DNA of 32,115 bases. It comes from a virus. Taxonomy: Duplodnaviria > Caudoviricetes. Numbering within the stretch: position 1 is the first letter of the stretch; every line of letters begins with the position of its first letter. Location of the stretch: positions 1 to 32,115 of the IMG/VR virus record IMGVR_UViG_3300020175_001501. One strand, 5' to 3'. The notes under the pieces were generated by a model that was given only the letters and a program-made list of their open reading frames with translations, searched no databases and had not been told where the DNA came from. Below, piece by piece: positions 9,570 through 17,725 of this stretch. Made by a program: the position numbers and the translations under genes.

Positions 9570-11017
9570 TAGTATATAATTTTATGATTTAAAAAACTTG
9601 GTTTATGGGCAGTAGCATTAATAATTTCATATTTTTCTCTTGGTTTCCAAGTATCAAATAATTCATTAAATGCTTCCATAACTCTATTACCTTGATGTTC
9701 AGATGTAAATCCAGCTTCATCACTAATAGCCCATTCTCTACCTTTTAATCCTCTACTTTTTCTCTCTTTAGGATCCATATTATAAATTTCTCCTATTCTT
9801 TCAGCTACATCTTCAAAGCAACATCTATCATCATAAATGTAAGGTGTTGGAGGTGATCCTTGTATTGATCTTGAAGTTGGATATACTGGAAATGCCCATT
9901 CACCGTGTTTTTTATATGTACCTCTATGATTAGAAGGAACATCCGCACTAGGTGTAAACCATTTTCCATTTTCATCAACAAATCTCATTTGATCTTGCAT
10001 ACCACCTGTAGTATTAGCTATAACAGGAGTTCCTGATAATATAGCTTCAGTTAAAGTTAATCCCCAACCTTCATTAGATGTAATTAAAATTTGGGCATCA
10101 GCTATGTTATACAAATAATTTAACTGTTGAGCTGTTAGTTTACTATGAGAAAAAATAATATTCTCTGAATATTTTTCACCAAATAAAAAGTCATTTACTT
10201 TATATAAATCAGTTCCAGCATCAGTTGATCTTTCAGTATGTAAAATCATTTTACATTTTAAAGCATCTTCGTAAGGAAGTGTATCTAAAAATATTCTAAA
10301 AGCCATTAAACTATCAGGTATTTGTTTTCTTCTAATGTTTCTAGAATTAAAAAATAAGGTAAATTTAGGAGATTGACCTTTAAATATTGCTTGTTTAAAT
10401 TCTAAAAAACTTTTTTCTGATAGTTCTTCTTGAGACATAGGATGATAAATATCGTGGTTTAAACCATGTGGGATGTATTTAAATATCCTTTGTTTATCAT
10501 CATTATCTAATACTAATTTATTGATATTTACTGTTTGTTTTGAAATACCCATTAATAAATCACAAGCTTCATAATATGGTTTATTATACATTGGAGCTGG
10601 GTAATCATCCCATATATTTAAATAAGTTATAGGACAAATTTTTCTAATTTCACTTTCCATATCCCAAATATATCTAAAATACCTTGGATCAGTAATTAAC
10701 ATAATAGCATCTGGTTTTTCAATTTCTAATACTCTACGTAATACTTGAGGATCGCCATAAGCATGTACTGGGTATAAAAATACACTTGCATCTTCTATTT
10801 TTGCATTAAGATTAACATCTTTAGATATATCTAAATGTTTTCCAACTTCAGGGTGTTTTATAGCTCCTGCCATTTGTACCCAATTAAAGTGATGAGCTGT
10901 TTTTATAACTACTTCTTTAGCTACAGTAGCTACTCCAGAATGTACTCTAATATCATCACAGATTAATAGTATTTTCTTCCTTTTGTCTTTAGGAAGATGC
11001 TTAAAACTTTTATTCAT
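9569..11017 (-). CDS. glycosyltransferase GT4-like (GT-B)
   Basis: SGVA, IPHG, RNIRRKQ, EGWGLTLTE (E-x7-E), GGMQD. Confidence 0.9.
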   Translation of the reverse strand: MNKSFKHLPKDKRKKILLICDDIRVHSGVATVAKEVVIKTAHHFNWVQMAGAIKHPEVGKHLDISKDVNLNAKIEDASVFLYPVHAYGDPQVLRRVLEIEKPDAIMLITDPRYFRYIWDMESEIRKICPITYLNIWDDYPAPMYNKPYYEACDLLMGISKQTVNINKLVLDNDDKQRIFKYIPHGLNHDIYHPMSQEELSEKSFLEFKQAIFKGQSPKFTLFFNSRNIRRKQIPDSLMAFRIFLDTLPYEDALKCKMILHTERSTDAGTDLYKVNDFLFGEKYSENIIFSHSKLTAQQLNYLYNIADAQILITSNEGWGLTLTEAILSGTPVIANTTGGMQDQMRFVDENGKWFTPSADVPSNHRGTYKKHGEWAFPVYPTSRSIQGSPPTPYIYDDRCCFEDVAERIGEIYNMDPKERKSRGLKGREWAISDEAGFTSEHQGNRVMEAFNELFDTWKPREKYEIINATAHKPSFLNHKIIY

Positions 11018-11031
11018 AATTTATTTAATTT

Positions 11032-11217
11032 TTATTTTTCTAAATTAGTTTGGTTTGTAATTTTTTTTCTAAAATCTTCATCAGTAAGATACAAAAAGAT
11101 AGATCGATCTGCAAGTTTTTGGAAAGAAAATTTACGTCTAACGCATTCAACTTTAAAATCATTAAAGAGATCCGTTTTTACTTTTACACTAGTTAGTGTC
11201 ATTGGTTTATTAGCCAT
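11032..11217 (-). CDS. small protein, possible ribbon-helix-helix DNA-binding protein
   Basis: LTSVKV strand followed by two predicted helices (LFNDFKVECV, SFQKLADRSIFLYL). Confidence 0.6.
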   Translation of the reverse strand: MANKPMTLTSVKVKTDLFNDFKVECVRRKFSFQKLADRSIFLYLTDEDFRKKITNQTNLEK

Positions 11218-11247
11218 AGTCTTGATTATTTAATTTTATTATTCATA

Positions 11248-11257
11248 TTATACATAT
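11248..11257 (-). promoter_or_regulatory. second intergenic motif ATATGTATAA (putative phage-specific promoter)
   Basis: Identical 10-mer in three intergenic regions (11248, 17811, 31165) that lack the TTCGTATATT promoter. Confidence 0.45.
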
Positions 11258-11265
11258 ATATTTAT

Positions 11266-12219
11266 TTATTGAAATACAACCCCAGCACCACAAAGTTCTT
11301 TATCTTCTTTAAAAGGACAAAAATTACAATTCCACTTACTTACAATTTTTTCATATTTTTGTTCTTTAATTTTACTATTCCTATCAAAAACAGAATGAAT
11401 GAAATCATTAATGGTACTTGTAGCTTGTTTTAATTTTGTTTTGCCTTGAGGAAATACATGATTTTGAAGTCTAGATAATTTATATTCACTATTTTCCCAA
11501 AGTTTTCTTTTAACAATAAAAAATTTAACCTCAATTTTATCAATAGGTATTTCATATTGCTCTGAAAAGTATTGTTTATATAACAATAACTGATATTTTT
11601 TCATATCATCTTTCTTAGCATATTCATTCCACCCATTAGTACTGGTTTTAATGTCTATTATTTCAAATTTATCTATAACTTCATTATATAATACGACATC
11701 TAAATATCCTGTATATAATACGTTATTATACGTTTTATTTGGTGGTATTACTAGTGGTACTTCACAGCCAACTAAATATGTTCCTTTTGTACTAAAATTA
11801 ACATTAATGTCTTTTTTAAATTCTTTAAGTATTAAAGTACCATCTTCAAAAAATTCTCTCATTTCTTCTGCTGATGAAAAATGGGTTTTACTATTAGATT
11901 TATATTGTTTTTGATATTCATCAGAAAATTTATCTTGGAATAATTTTTCTAAGTCAATTTTATTTGCTTTAATTTTTGAATCATTGTATCTAACATCAAG
12001 AAATTCTTGAATTACTTCATGTATTGCTGTTCCAAATACTGTGTGTATAGAAGATGTGAATCTTTTTATTTTATCCTTATATTGTAATTTCCACCTGTGA
12101 GGGCATTGTTTATAAATTGACATTTGAGAATATGATACGTGTTTTTGAAACGCATAATTTATCTCAGGTGGGGGATTATTTTGGATCCTTTTTACAATAT
12201 TTGGGATTTTTCTAGCCAA
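11266..12219 (-). CDS. PD-(D/E)XK exonuclease, Cas4/AddB-like with Fe-S cluster ligands
   Basis: SYS..QCP, GTAIH, E..GYLD..IIDIKT, QL.LY, C-terminal CNFC...C; TTG start. Confidence 0.85.
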   Translation of the reverse strand: MARKIPNIVKRIQNNPPPEINYAFQKHVSYSQMSIYKQCPHRWKLQYKDKIKRFTSSIHTVFGTAIHEVIQEFLDVRYNDSKIKANKIDLEKLFQDKFSDEYQKQYKSNSKTHFSSAEEMREFFEDGTLILKEFKKDINVNFSTKGTYLVGCEVPLVIPPNKTYNNVLYTGYLDVVLYNEVIDKFEIIDIKTSTNGWNEYAKKDDMKKYQLLLYKQYFSEQYEIPIDKIEVKFFIVKRKLWENSEYKLSRLQNHVFPQGKTKLKQATSTINDFIHSVFDRNSKIKEQKYEKIVSKWNCNFCPFKEDKELCGAGVVFQ

Positions 12220-12615
12220 TTATTTTTTCCATTTATCTCTACCTACTAGTAGACCAATTATTCCGTAATTAGCTATATCTATAAAAGTATCTTCCATACC
12301 TTCACCCTTAACAAATGATCTTTTATTAATTAATAAATTTTTTAATCTACTAATTTTATCAGTTAATCTAATAGTTAAACCAGTAAGAGAAAACGCTTTA
12401 TCATCTTTATTATTTAATATATCACCACCTAAAGCGATATTATTTAAACCATAATCCATATGTTTAGCAGCAAACATTTCATACATCTCTTCTGATATTC
12501 TTTTAAATTCTTCAGATAATTCTGGGTATTCGGTCTCAAATATTTCTACAGTATGTGAAGTTTGAACACCTTCTCCAAACCCCTCTTCTTGAAATTTCTT
12601 TATAGAATCACCCAT
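12220..12615 (-). CDS. DUF1599 / nucleotide modification-associated domain 1 protein
   Basis: KHMDYG, RLTDKISRL, EDTFIDIANY motifs. Confidence 0.8.
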   Translation of the reverse strand: MGDSIKKFQEEGFGEGVQTSHTVEIFETEYPELSEEFKRISEEMYEMFAAKHMDYGLNNIALGGDILNNKDDKAFSLTGLTIRLTDKISRLKNLLINKRSFVKGEGMEDTFIDIANYGIIGLLVGRDKWKK

Positions 12616-12839
12616 TATATCACTGATTTTCCTGGTTTAAAGTATTTTTCTAATATTTCTAATCTTTCTTGAGCACCAGCAAAAGTTGATAATGCTTCTT
12701 CAGCATTTTTATAAAAATCTTCTGTTGTATGATCACCAATCCCTACTGGGTTATTTGATAATAGATCAATACTTAATAGTGCTTTTGCTTTATCCGCTGT
12801 TGCAGCTGAATGTAACATTGTGTATAATTTTTCGTTCAT
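12615..12839 (-). CDS. hypothetical phage protein (GIGDH motif)
   Basis: 74 aa ORF with coupled start/stop and an upstream promoter. Confidence 0.75.
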   Translation of the reverse strand: MNEKLYTMLHSAATADKAKALLSIDLLSNNPVGIGDHTTEDFYKNAEEALSTFAGAQERLEILEKYFKPGKSVI

Positions 12840-13249
12840 TTATTTAATTTTTTTATTTCTTTTTTATTTAATCCTATTGATGTTAATATACGAACTATTT
12901 CACCATTATCCAAAATATTTAAATATGTTTTTGCTTCATTTTTTGAGCATTCCCAATAATTACTTAAATAATTTATTAAGTCTTTATTTGGTTGTTTAAT
13001 ACTAGATTTAATATATTTATTCCATTTATTATTTTTAGGAATAAATTCTCTATATATAGTATATATTTCTTTTTTATTTTGAGGTAATATAGTTTGTACT
13101 TCATTGACTATATCAAGAAAGCTAGAATTCATAGACATAAATCTATGAATCATATAGCTATTCCATAACTCCCAATCTTTATCTGAAAAAGAATTAGGAT
13201 CAGCTTTAATGCTGTTTATTTGTTTAAGCCAATCCCAAACATTTTTCAT
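12836..13249 (-). CDS. clamp loader small subunit-like (T4 gp62-like)
   Basis: W.SYMIHRFMS and IPK..KW.KYIK patterns; two genes downstream of the RFC-like ATPase. Confidence 0.65.
   Translation of the reverse strand: MKNVWDWLKQINSIKADPNSFSDKDWELWNSYMIHRFMSMNSSFLDIVNEVQTILPQNKKEIYTIYREFIPKNNKWNKYIKSSIKQPNKDLINYLSNYWECSKNEAKTYLNILDNGEIVRILTSIGLNKKEIKKLNK
12883..12914 (-). promoter_or_regulatory. internal promoter
   Basis: TTTG-N20-TATATTAA with TTCG. Confidence 0.7.
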
Positions 13250-13504
13250 TTACATTGATAGTGTTTCGTCCTTTAATTCTTCTCTTAGTTCTTTTGGTAA
13301 ACCTTCCTTTAAAATTTTACCTGAACTTGGGTCATAAAATACTGGAAGAGGCATTATAGCATCTTCATCTGTACCTGCAACAAATTTAGAAATTTTTCTT
13401 AAAATAACTCCTGATACAAATATATTCTTACCTTCTGAGTTAAGAATTGGAGTAGTTGCTTTTAAATCTACATTTAATTGAGGTTGTTGTTGTGATTGTT
13501 TCAT
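13250..13504 (-). CDS. hypothetical protein (84 aa)
   Basis: ORF between the clamp loader genes, translationally coupled. Confidence 0.75.
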   Translation of the reverse strand: MKQSQQQPQLNVDLKATTPILNSEGKNIFVSGVILRKISKFVAGTDEDAIMPLPVFYDPSSGKILKEGLPKELREELKDETLSM

Positions 13505-14418
13505 TACTTGTTAATTATTAAATTATTTATTAAACTCATTATATTAATTTCTTTATCTATTCTAAAATTAGCCTTATATTGATGGTCATTAATTAGAGCA
13601 GTTGCTGTACCTTCTTTATTGGGTAGAAATTTAACAGCGTTTTCGTATAAAAACCTAAATAATTCATCAAAATCATCAACATTAGCATCTGCTATTATTT
13701 GACGAATCTTGGTAAATGAAGGTTTATTTTGTGATAATTCAGATAATATTTTATCCATATAATTAGATGAAACTAATATTGTTTTATCTAATTTTAATGC
13801 ATTGTTTTGTGTAGATAATTGTATAGTATTAATACATTTACGTAAATCAGGGTAATATTGATTAACTAATGGTACTAAATCTTTTACATTATGCATTATC
13901 ATTTCTTCTTGTAAAATCCAATTTAAGTGTTTAGCAACATCTTTTTTAGTTGGAGGAACAATTTTAAGTACTTGACATCTTGATTGTAAAGGATCAATAA
14001 TACGTTCTACAAAATTACAAGTCATAATAAATCTTGTAGTACGTGAAAATGTTTCAATTATATTTCTAAGTGATGCTTGCGCTTGTATTGTAAGAAAATC
14101 CGCCTCATCCAAGATAACAACTTTAAGGGGTTTAAATGACGCAACAGACGCAAAACCAGAGACTTTATCCCTAATAGTTTCGATCCCACGCTCGTCAGAA
14201 GCGTTAATATAAATGTAATCACAATCTAAGTTTTTAATTATTAATTTTGCTAGTGTAGTTTTACCTGTACCAGCGGGTCCATAAAATATGAAATTTTGTA
14301 TATCATTCTGTTCTAAATATTTTGATATAACAGATTTTATATTTTCATTACCTACATAATTATCTAATTTAGTAGGTCTATATTTTTCTACTAGTAAACT
14401 ATTCTCCGTATTCACCAT
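13504..14418 (-). CDS. clamp loader AAA+ ATPase (RFC small subunit / T4 gp44-like)
   Basis: EKYRP, GPAGTGKTT Walker A, INASDERG, LDEAD Walker B, SRC motif. Confidence 0.95.
   Translation of the reverse strand: MVNTENSLLVEKYRPTKLDNYVGNENIKSVISKYLEQNDIQNFIFYGPAGTGKTTLAKLIIKNLDCDYIYINASDERGIETIRDKVSGFASVASFKPLKVVILDEADFLTIQAQASLRNIIETFSRTTRFIMTCNFVERIIDPLQSRCQVLKIVPPTKKDVAKHLNWILQEEMIMHNVKDLVPLVNQYYPDLRKCINTIQLSTQNNALKLDKTILVSSNYMDKILSELSQNKPSFTKIRQIIADANVDDFDELFRFLYENAVKFLPNKEGTATALINDHQYKANFRIDKEINIMSLINNLIINK
14058..14222 (-). CDS. candidate overprinted +1-frame ORF (54 aa, GTG start) inside the clamp loader gene
   Basis: Open +1 frame coinciding with a patch of atypical codons in the host gene. 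Confidence 0.3.
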   Translation of the reverse strand: MITFILTLLTSVGSKLLGIKSLVLRLLRHLNPLKLLSWMRRIFLQYKRKHHLEI

Positions 14419-14668
14419 AAATTGAGTATCTTTTAATTGGTTCTGGTTTTATTTCTACTTCAGTTGTTGATATTGCATATAACTCACTTTGTAATGGGGC
14501 TAATTTATAATCACCTTTAAAACCAGATTTAACCATATAAGCTTCTAATGCATCTGTTAATGTTGTATGTACCTTACCACCAGGTTCTTCTGTTACTAAT
14601 CTCCATTTATCTCCTGGGGGTACTCTACGAGCTATTAAAATTAAATTTTCTGTTATTTTTGTTTTCAT
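14399..14668 (-). CDS. hypothetical protein (89 aa)
   Basis: ORF directly after a promoter, probably leaderless. Confidence 0.75.
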   Translation of the reverse strand: MKTKITENLILIARRVPPGDKWRLVTEEPGGKVHTTLTDALEAYMVKSGFKGDYKLAPLQSELYAISTTEVEIKPEPIKRYSIYGEYGE

Positions 14669-14672
14669 TCCT

Positions 14673-14704
14673 ATAATATACGAAAATTAAGTGGGGGAGA
14701 CAAG
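14673..14704 (-). promoter_or_regulatory. promoter, 4 nt upstream of ATG 14668
   Basis: CTTG-N20-TATATTAT with TTCG. Confidence 0.7.
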
Positions 14705-14712
14705 CTCCCCCA
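14684..14712 (-). terminator. intrinsic terminator after the groES-groEL-Hc1 block
   Basis: Perfect 8-bp stem TGGGGGAG/CTCCCCCA, 5-nt loop, followed by CTTAATTT; lies just after the stop at 14718. Confidence 0.75.
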
Positions 14713-14717
14713 TTAAA

Positions 14718-14885
14718 TTATTTAGATTCTGCTACAGATGCTTTTTTATAATCTGTAATTACTCTTTTAATAGCTTGGGCTGCTTTTCTTGCAATCCCTT
14801 GACTTTTTTTAGTAGTACCACTATTGTTTTCTGCTAAGATATTGAAATTTTCTTCAATTACCTCAAAAATTTGATCTTTTGTCAT
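14718..14885 (-). CDS. histone H1-like (Hc1-family) small basic protein, 55 aa
   Basis: Not in the ORF track: MTKDQIFEVIEENFNILAENNSGTTKKSQGIARKAAQAIKRVITDYKKASVAESK. The K...ARKAAQ.IK......K pattern resembles Bacteroidetes Hc1-like proteins. Confidence 0.7.
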   Translation of the reverse strand: MTKDQIFEVIEENFNILAENNSGTTKKSQGIARKAAQAIKRVITDYKKASVAESK

Positions 14886-14914
14886 TTTTATTTATTTATT
14901 TATTAATTATTAAT

Positions 14915-16546
14915 TTACATCATTCCCATCATTGATGGGTCCATTGCTGGTTGTTGTTTATCATTGTTTTCATCTAAATCATTTACTACAGTACATTCTG
15001 TTAGTAAAACAGTACCTGCTACAGAAGCAGCATTTTCAAGTGCTAGTCTTGTTACTTTAGTAGGATCAATAATACCTGATTCTTTATAATCAATTACTTC
15101 TCCTTTATTAACATCTATCCCTGACCAATGATTATTACCTGAATCTACTAATTTGTATCTTCCAAATAACCCAGCTTCAACTTTATTGTATCCTGCATTA
15201 AGTAAAATTTGTTCAAATGGTTTACCACATGCTTCATATACAATTTTTGCACCTTCATTATCTATTTTTATACTTTCTCGGGCATAAAGTAAAGCAACAC
15301 CACCTCCTGGTAGGATTCCTTCTTCAATAGCAGCTTTTGTAGCATGTAATGCATCATCAACTCTATCTTTCTTTTCTTTTAACTCAATTTCAGTATTACC
15401 ACCAACATGAATAATAGCTACTCCACCTACAAACTTTGCTAATCTATTTTGTAACTGTTCTGTTTCATAAGGAGTTTGTGCATTATCAACTTGGCTTTGT
15501 AGATTATCAACTCTTTTGCTAATATCCTCTTCTGATCCTTTACCATCAACAATAGTTGTTGTTTCTTTTGTAATAGTAGCAGTACGAGCTTCACCAAACC
15601 AATCCCATGAAAATTTATCTAATTTCATGCCTTTTTGTTTATCAAATACTTGACCACCAGTCATTATAGCAATATCTTCTAATACTAATTTTCTCTTATC
15701 ACCAAATTCAGGTGCTTTAACAGCACATACATTAACAGTACCTCTCATTTTATTTACTATTAAAGTAGCTAATGCTTCATTATCAATATCTTCTGCAATT
15801 ATTAATAGTGATTTTCCTTCACTAGATACTGCTTCTAATATTGGTAATAATTCTTTTACAGAATTTAATTTTTGGTCTGCAATTAATACAACAGGATTTT
15901 CTAATACTGCTGACATTGTACTATTATCAGTAACAAAATAAGGGGATTTAAATCCTCTATCAAATTGCATACCTTCAACAGTTTCTAGATAAGTATCTCC
16001 AGTTTTTGATTCCTCAATATGAACAACACCTTCCATACCAACTTTTTCAAGTGCTGTTGCTATTAAAGTACCTACTTCTATATCATTATTAGCTGATATA
16101 GTTGCGATTTGTTCTAATTGACCTTCAGCTGATATATCTTCAGATATATTTTTTCTTAAAGTTTTAATTACTTCTTTAACTGCTTTATCAATATTACGTT
16201 TAATTTGTACAGCATTTTCATTTTTAGATAGATTGTCTAATCCTAAATTAATCATTTCTCTAGCTAATAATGTTGATGTAGTTGTACCATCCCCAGCTTT
16301 ATCTGCTGTTTGTACTGCTGCTTGTTTTACTAATTGAACCCCTAATTCTTCAGTTGGGTTTTTTAATGAGATGGATTTTGCTACTGTAACACCATCTTTT
16401 GTACTAGAAGGTATACCATCATCTCCTGCAATTACAACATTTCTTCCATTTGGGCCTAAAGTTGAAACAACAGCATCTGCTAGTATATTTATCCCTTTTA
16501 CAAGATCATTTCTAGATTCATCGCTAAATTGTATTTTTTTACTCAT
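14915..16546 (-). CDS. groEL: chaperonin GroEL
   Basis: TLGPNGRNV, TKDGVTVA, GDGTTT, EGMQFDRG, GIIDPTKV, Met-rich tail. Confidence 0.98.
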   Translation of the reverse strand: MSKKIQFSDESRNDLVKGINILADAVVSTLGPNGRNVVIAGDDGIPSSTKDGVTVAKSISLKNPTEELGVQLVKQAAVQTADKAGDGTTTSTLLAREMINLGLDNLSKNENAVQIKRNIDKAVKEVIKTLRKNISEDISAEGQLEQIATISANNDIEVGTLIATALEKVGMEGVVHIEESKTGDTYLETVEGMQFDRGFKSPYFVTDNSTMSAVLENPVVLIADQKLNSVKELLPILEAVSSEGKSLLIIAEDIDNEALATLIVNKMRGTVNVCAVKAPEFGDKRKLVLEDIAIMTGGQVFDKQKGMKLDKFSWDWFGEARTATITKETTTIVDGKGSEEDISKRVDNLQSQVDNAQTPYETEQLQNRLAKFVGGVAIIHVGGNTEIELKEKKDRVDDALHATKAAIEEGILPGGGVALLYARESIKIDNEGAKIVYEACGKPFEQILLNAGYNKVEAGLFGRYKLVDSGNNHWSGIDVNKGEVIDYKESGIIDPTKVTRLALENAASVAGTVLLTECTVVNDLDENNDKQQPAMDPSMMGMM

Positions 16547-16550
16547 TTTT

Positions 16551-16925
16551 TTATTTATTATTAATTTCAGTTAAATTTTTCTTATCTTCATTAGTTACCT
16601 CAGTTTCATCTAAAATATCAGATACATTTATCTCTGTAGCTACTTTAGCTAATACTTGATTTTCAGGTCCTACATAATATTCTTCACCATTAAATGGTAA
16701 TTTAGTAAAACCTTGAGTTGGTAAAACTACTTTATCTCCTACCTTTAAATGCATAGGAATTAGGTCACCATTTAGAGTATATCTACCCGTTCCGATAGCT
16801 ACAATTTCTCCAAATTCATTTTTTTCTTTACCCATATCAGGTACAATAATGTTACCGTGGATTTCTTCTTCGTTTTCAATAGGTTTAACGATAACCGCAT
16901 CAAATAGTGCTTCTAATTTATTCAT
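16551..16925 (-). CDS. groES: co-chaperonin GroES with acidic C-terminal extension
   Basis: LFDAVIVKP, GNIIVPD, GEIVAIGTG, LKVGDKV; start placed at ATG 16925 (MNKLEAL). Confidence 0.92.
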   Translation of the reverse strand: MNKLEALFDAVIVKPIENEEEIHGNIIVPDMGKEKNEFGEIVAIGTGRYTLNGDLIPMHLKVGDKVVLPTQGFTKLPFNGEEYYVGPENQVLAKVATEINVSDILDETEVTNEDKKNLTEINNK

Positions 16926-17226
16926 GATTAATATGATTTTTAATGTTATTTTCAATTGTTTTAAAACGATCTAAAAAATCGTTAAGGTTGGTATAATGTT
17001 CTTTAGTATGTAACTGTTCTTCACTTATTCTTTTTAATGCTTGTTCAAATTTTGCATGAAAGGTTAATGATTTTGAATAAGTTTTACTTTTTCCTGTAGA
17101 TCTAAAATGGTTTTTATCAGATGTTACTTTAATGTTAACTGTATAACAGTTTTCATCTTTAGTGATAAAATAAGGTTCCATCCATGGATCTTCAATAAGG
17201 GTTAGGGATTTAGGTTTTCTTGCCAT
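16918..17226 (-). CDS. hypothetical protein (102 aa)
   Basis: Start placed at ATG 17226 (MARKPKS), downstream of promoter 17253..17284. Confidence 0.75.
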   Translation of the reverse strand: MARKPKSLTLIEDPWMEPYFITKDENCYTVNIKVTSDKNHFRSTGKSKTYSKSLTFHAKFEQALKRISEEQLHTKEHYTNLNDFLDRFKTIENNIKNHINHE

Positions 17227-17252
17227 ATAACTTTTTATTATTAATATTGACG

Positions 17253-17284
17253 TCAATATACGAAAAAAATGTGGCTAGGACACG
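17253..17284 (-). promoter_or_regulatory. promoter for the ORF102-groES-groEL-Hc1 operon
   Basis: CGTG-N20-TATATTGA with TTCG; overlaps a 16-bp palindrome. Confidence 0.7.
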
Positions 17285-17291
17285 TTTTTTT
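17263..17291 (-). terminator. possible weak terminator after the sHSP gene
   Basis: A7-C-GTG-loop-CAC-A-T7 inverted repeat; the GC core is short. Confidence 0.35.
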
Positions 17292-17302
17292 ACAATTACT
17301 GT

Positions 17303-17725
17303 TTATTTAATTTTAATAGATTTTGGCTTAGCTTCCTCAGCTAAAGGTATAAAAATATCTAATAATCCATTTGTTAAAGATGCATCAATTTGTCCTAAAT
17401 CAAATTTAGGTGCAATTTTATATCTTAAATCAAATGATTTTTTAGATAAACCATTATGGATAGTTCCTTCATGGAATTTTTCTTCTTTTGGTTTTTTATA
17501 ACTTATTTTTAAAATATCTCCTTCAATATCGAGGATAACGTCTTTTTTAGTTAACCCAGTACAGGCAACTTCAAAATAAAGACCTTTATCATCAAAGTAA
17601 ATATTAAGGGGATGTGGTTGTTTTGAATTTAATGCTGGTGCAAACTGCGATTCAGCATTGAAGTGATTCCTAAATAGGATGTCGAAAGGACTAATATGTC
17701 TTTCTAAGATTTCTAATGTACTCAT
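17303..17725 (-). CDS. small heat-shock protein (Hsp20/IbpA-like)
   Basis: HPLNI, EVACTG, HNGLSKKSF, ASLTNGLLDI, PKSIKIK. Confidence 0.92.
   Translation of the reverse strand: MSTLEILERHISPFDILFRNHFNAESQFAPALNSKQPHPLNIYFDDKGLYFEVACTGLTKKDVILDIEGDILKISYKKPKEEKFHEGTIHNGLSKKSFDLRYKIAPKFDLGQIDASLTNGLLDIFIPLAEEAKPKSIKIK

Noticed and set aside
11266-12219. CRISPR-Cas system suggested by the Cas4-like nuclease
   Set aside because: No repeat-spacer array or other cas genes seen in the window
16799-16900. 33-codon ATG-started +1-frame ORF within groES
   Set aside because: Short enough to be chance, and the host codon bias here can be explained by high expression
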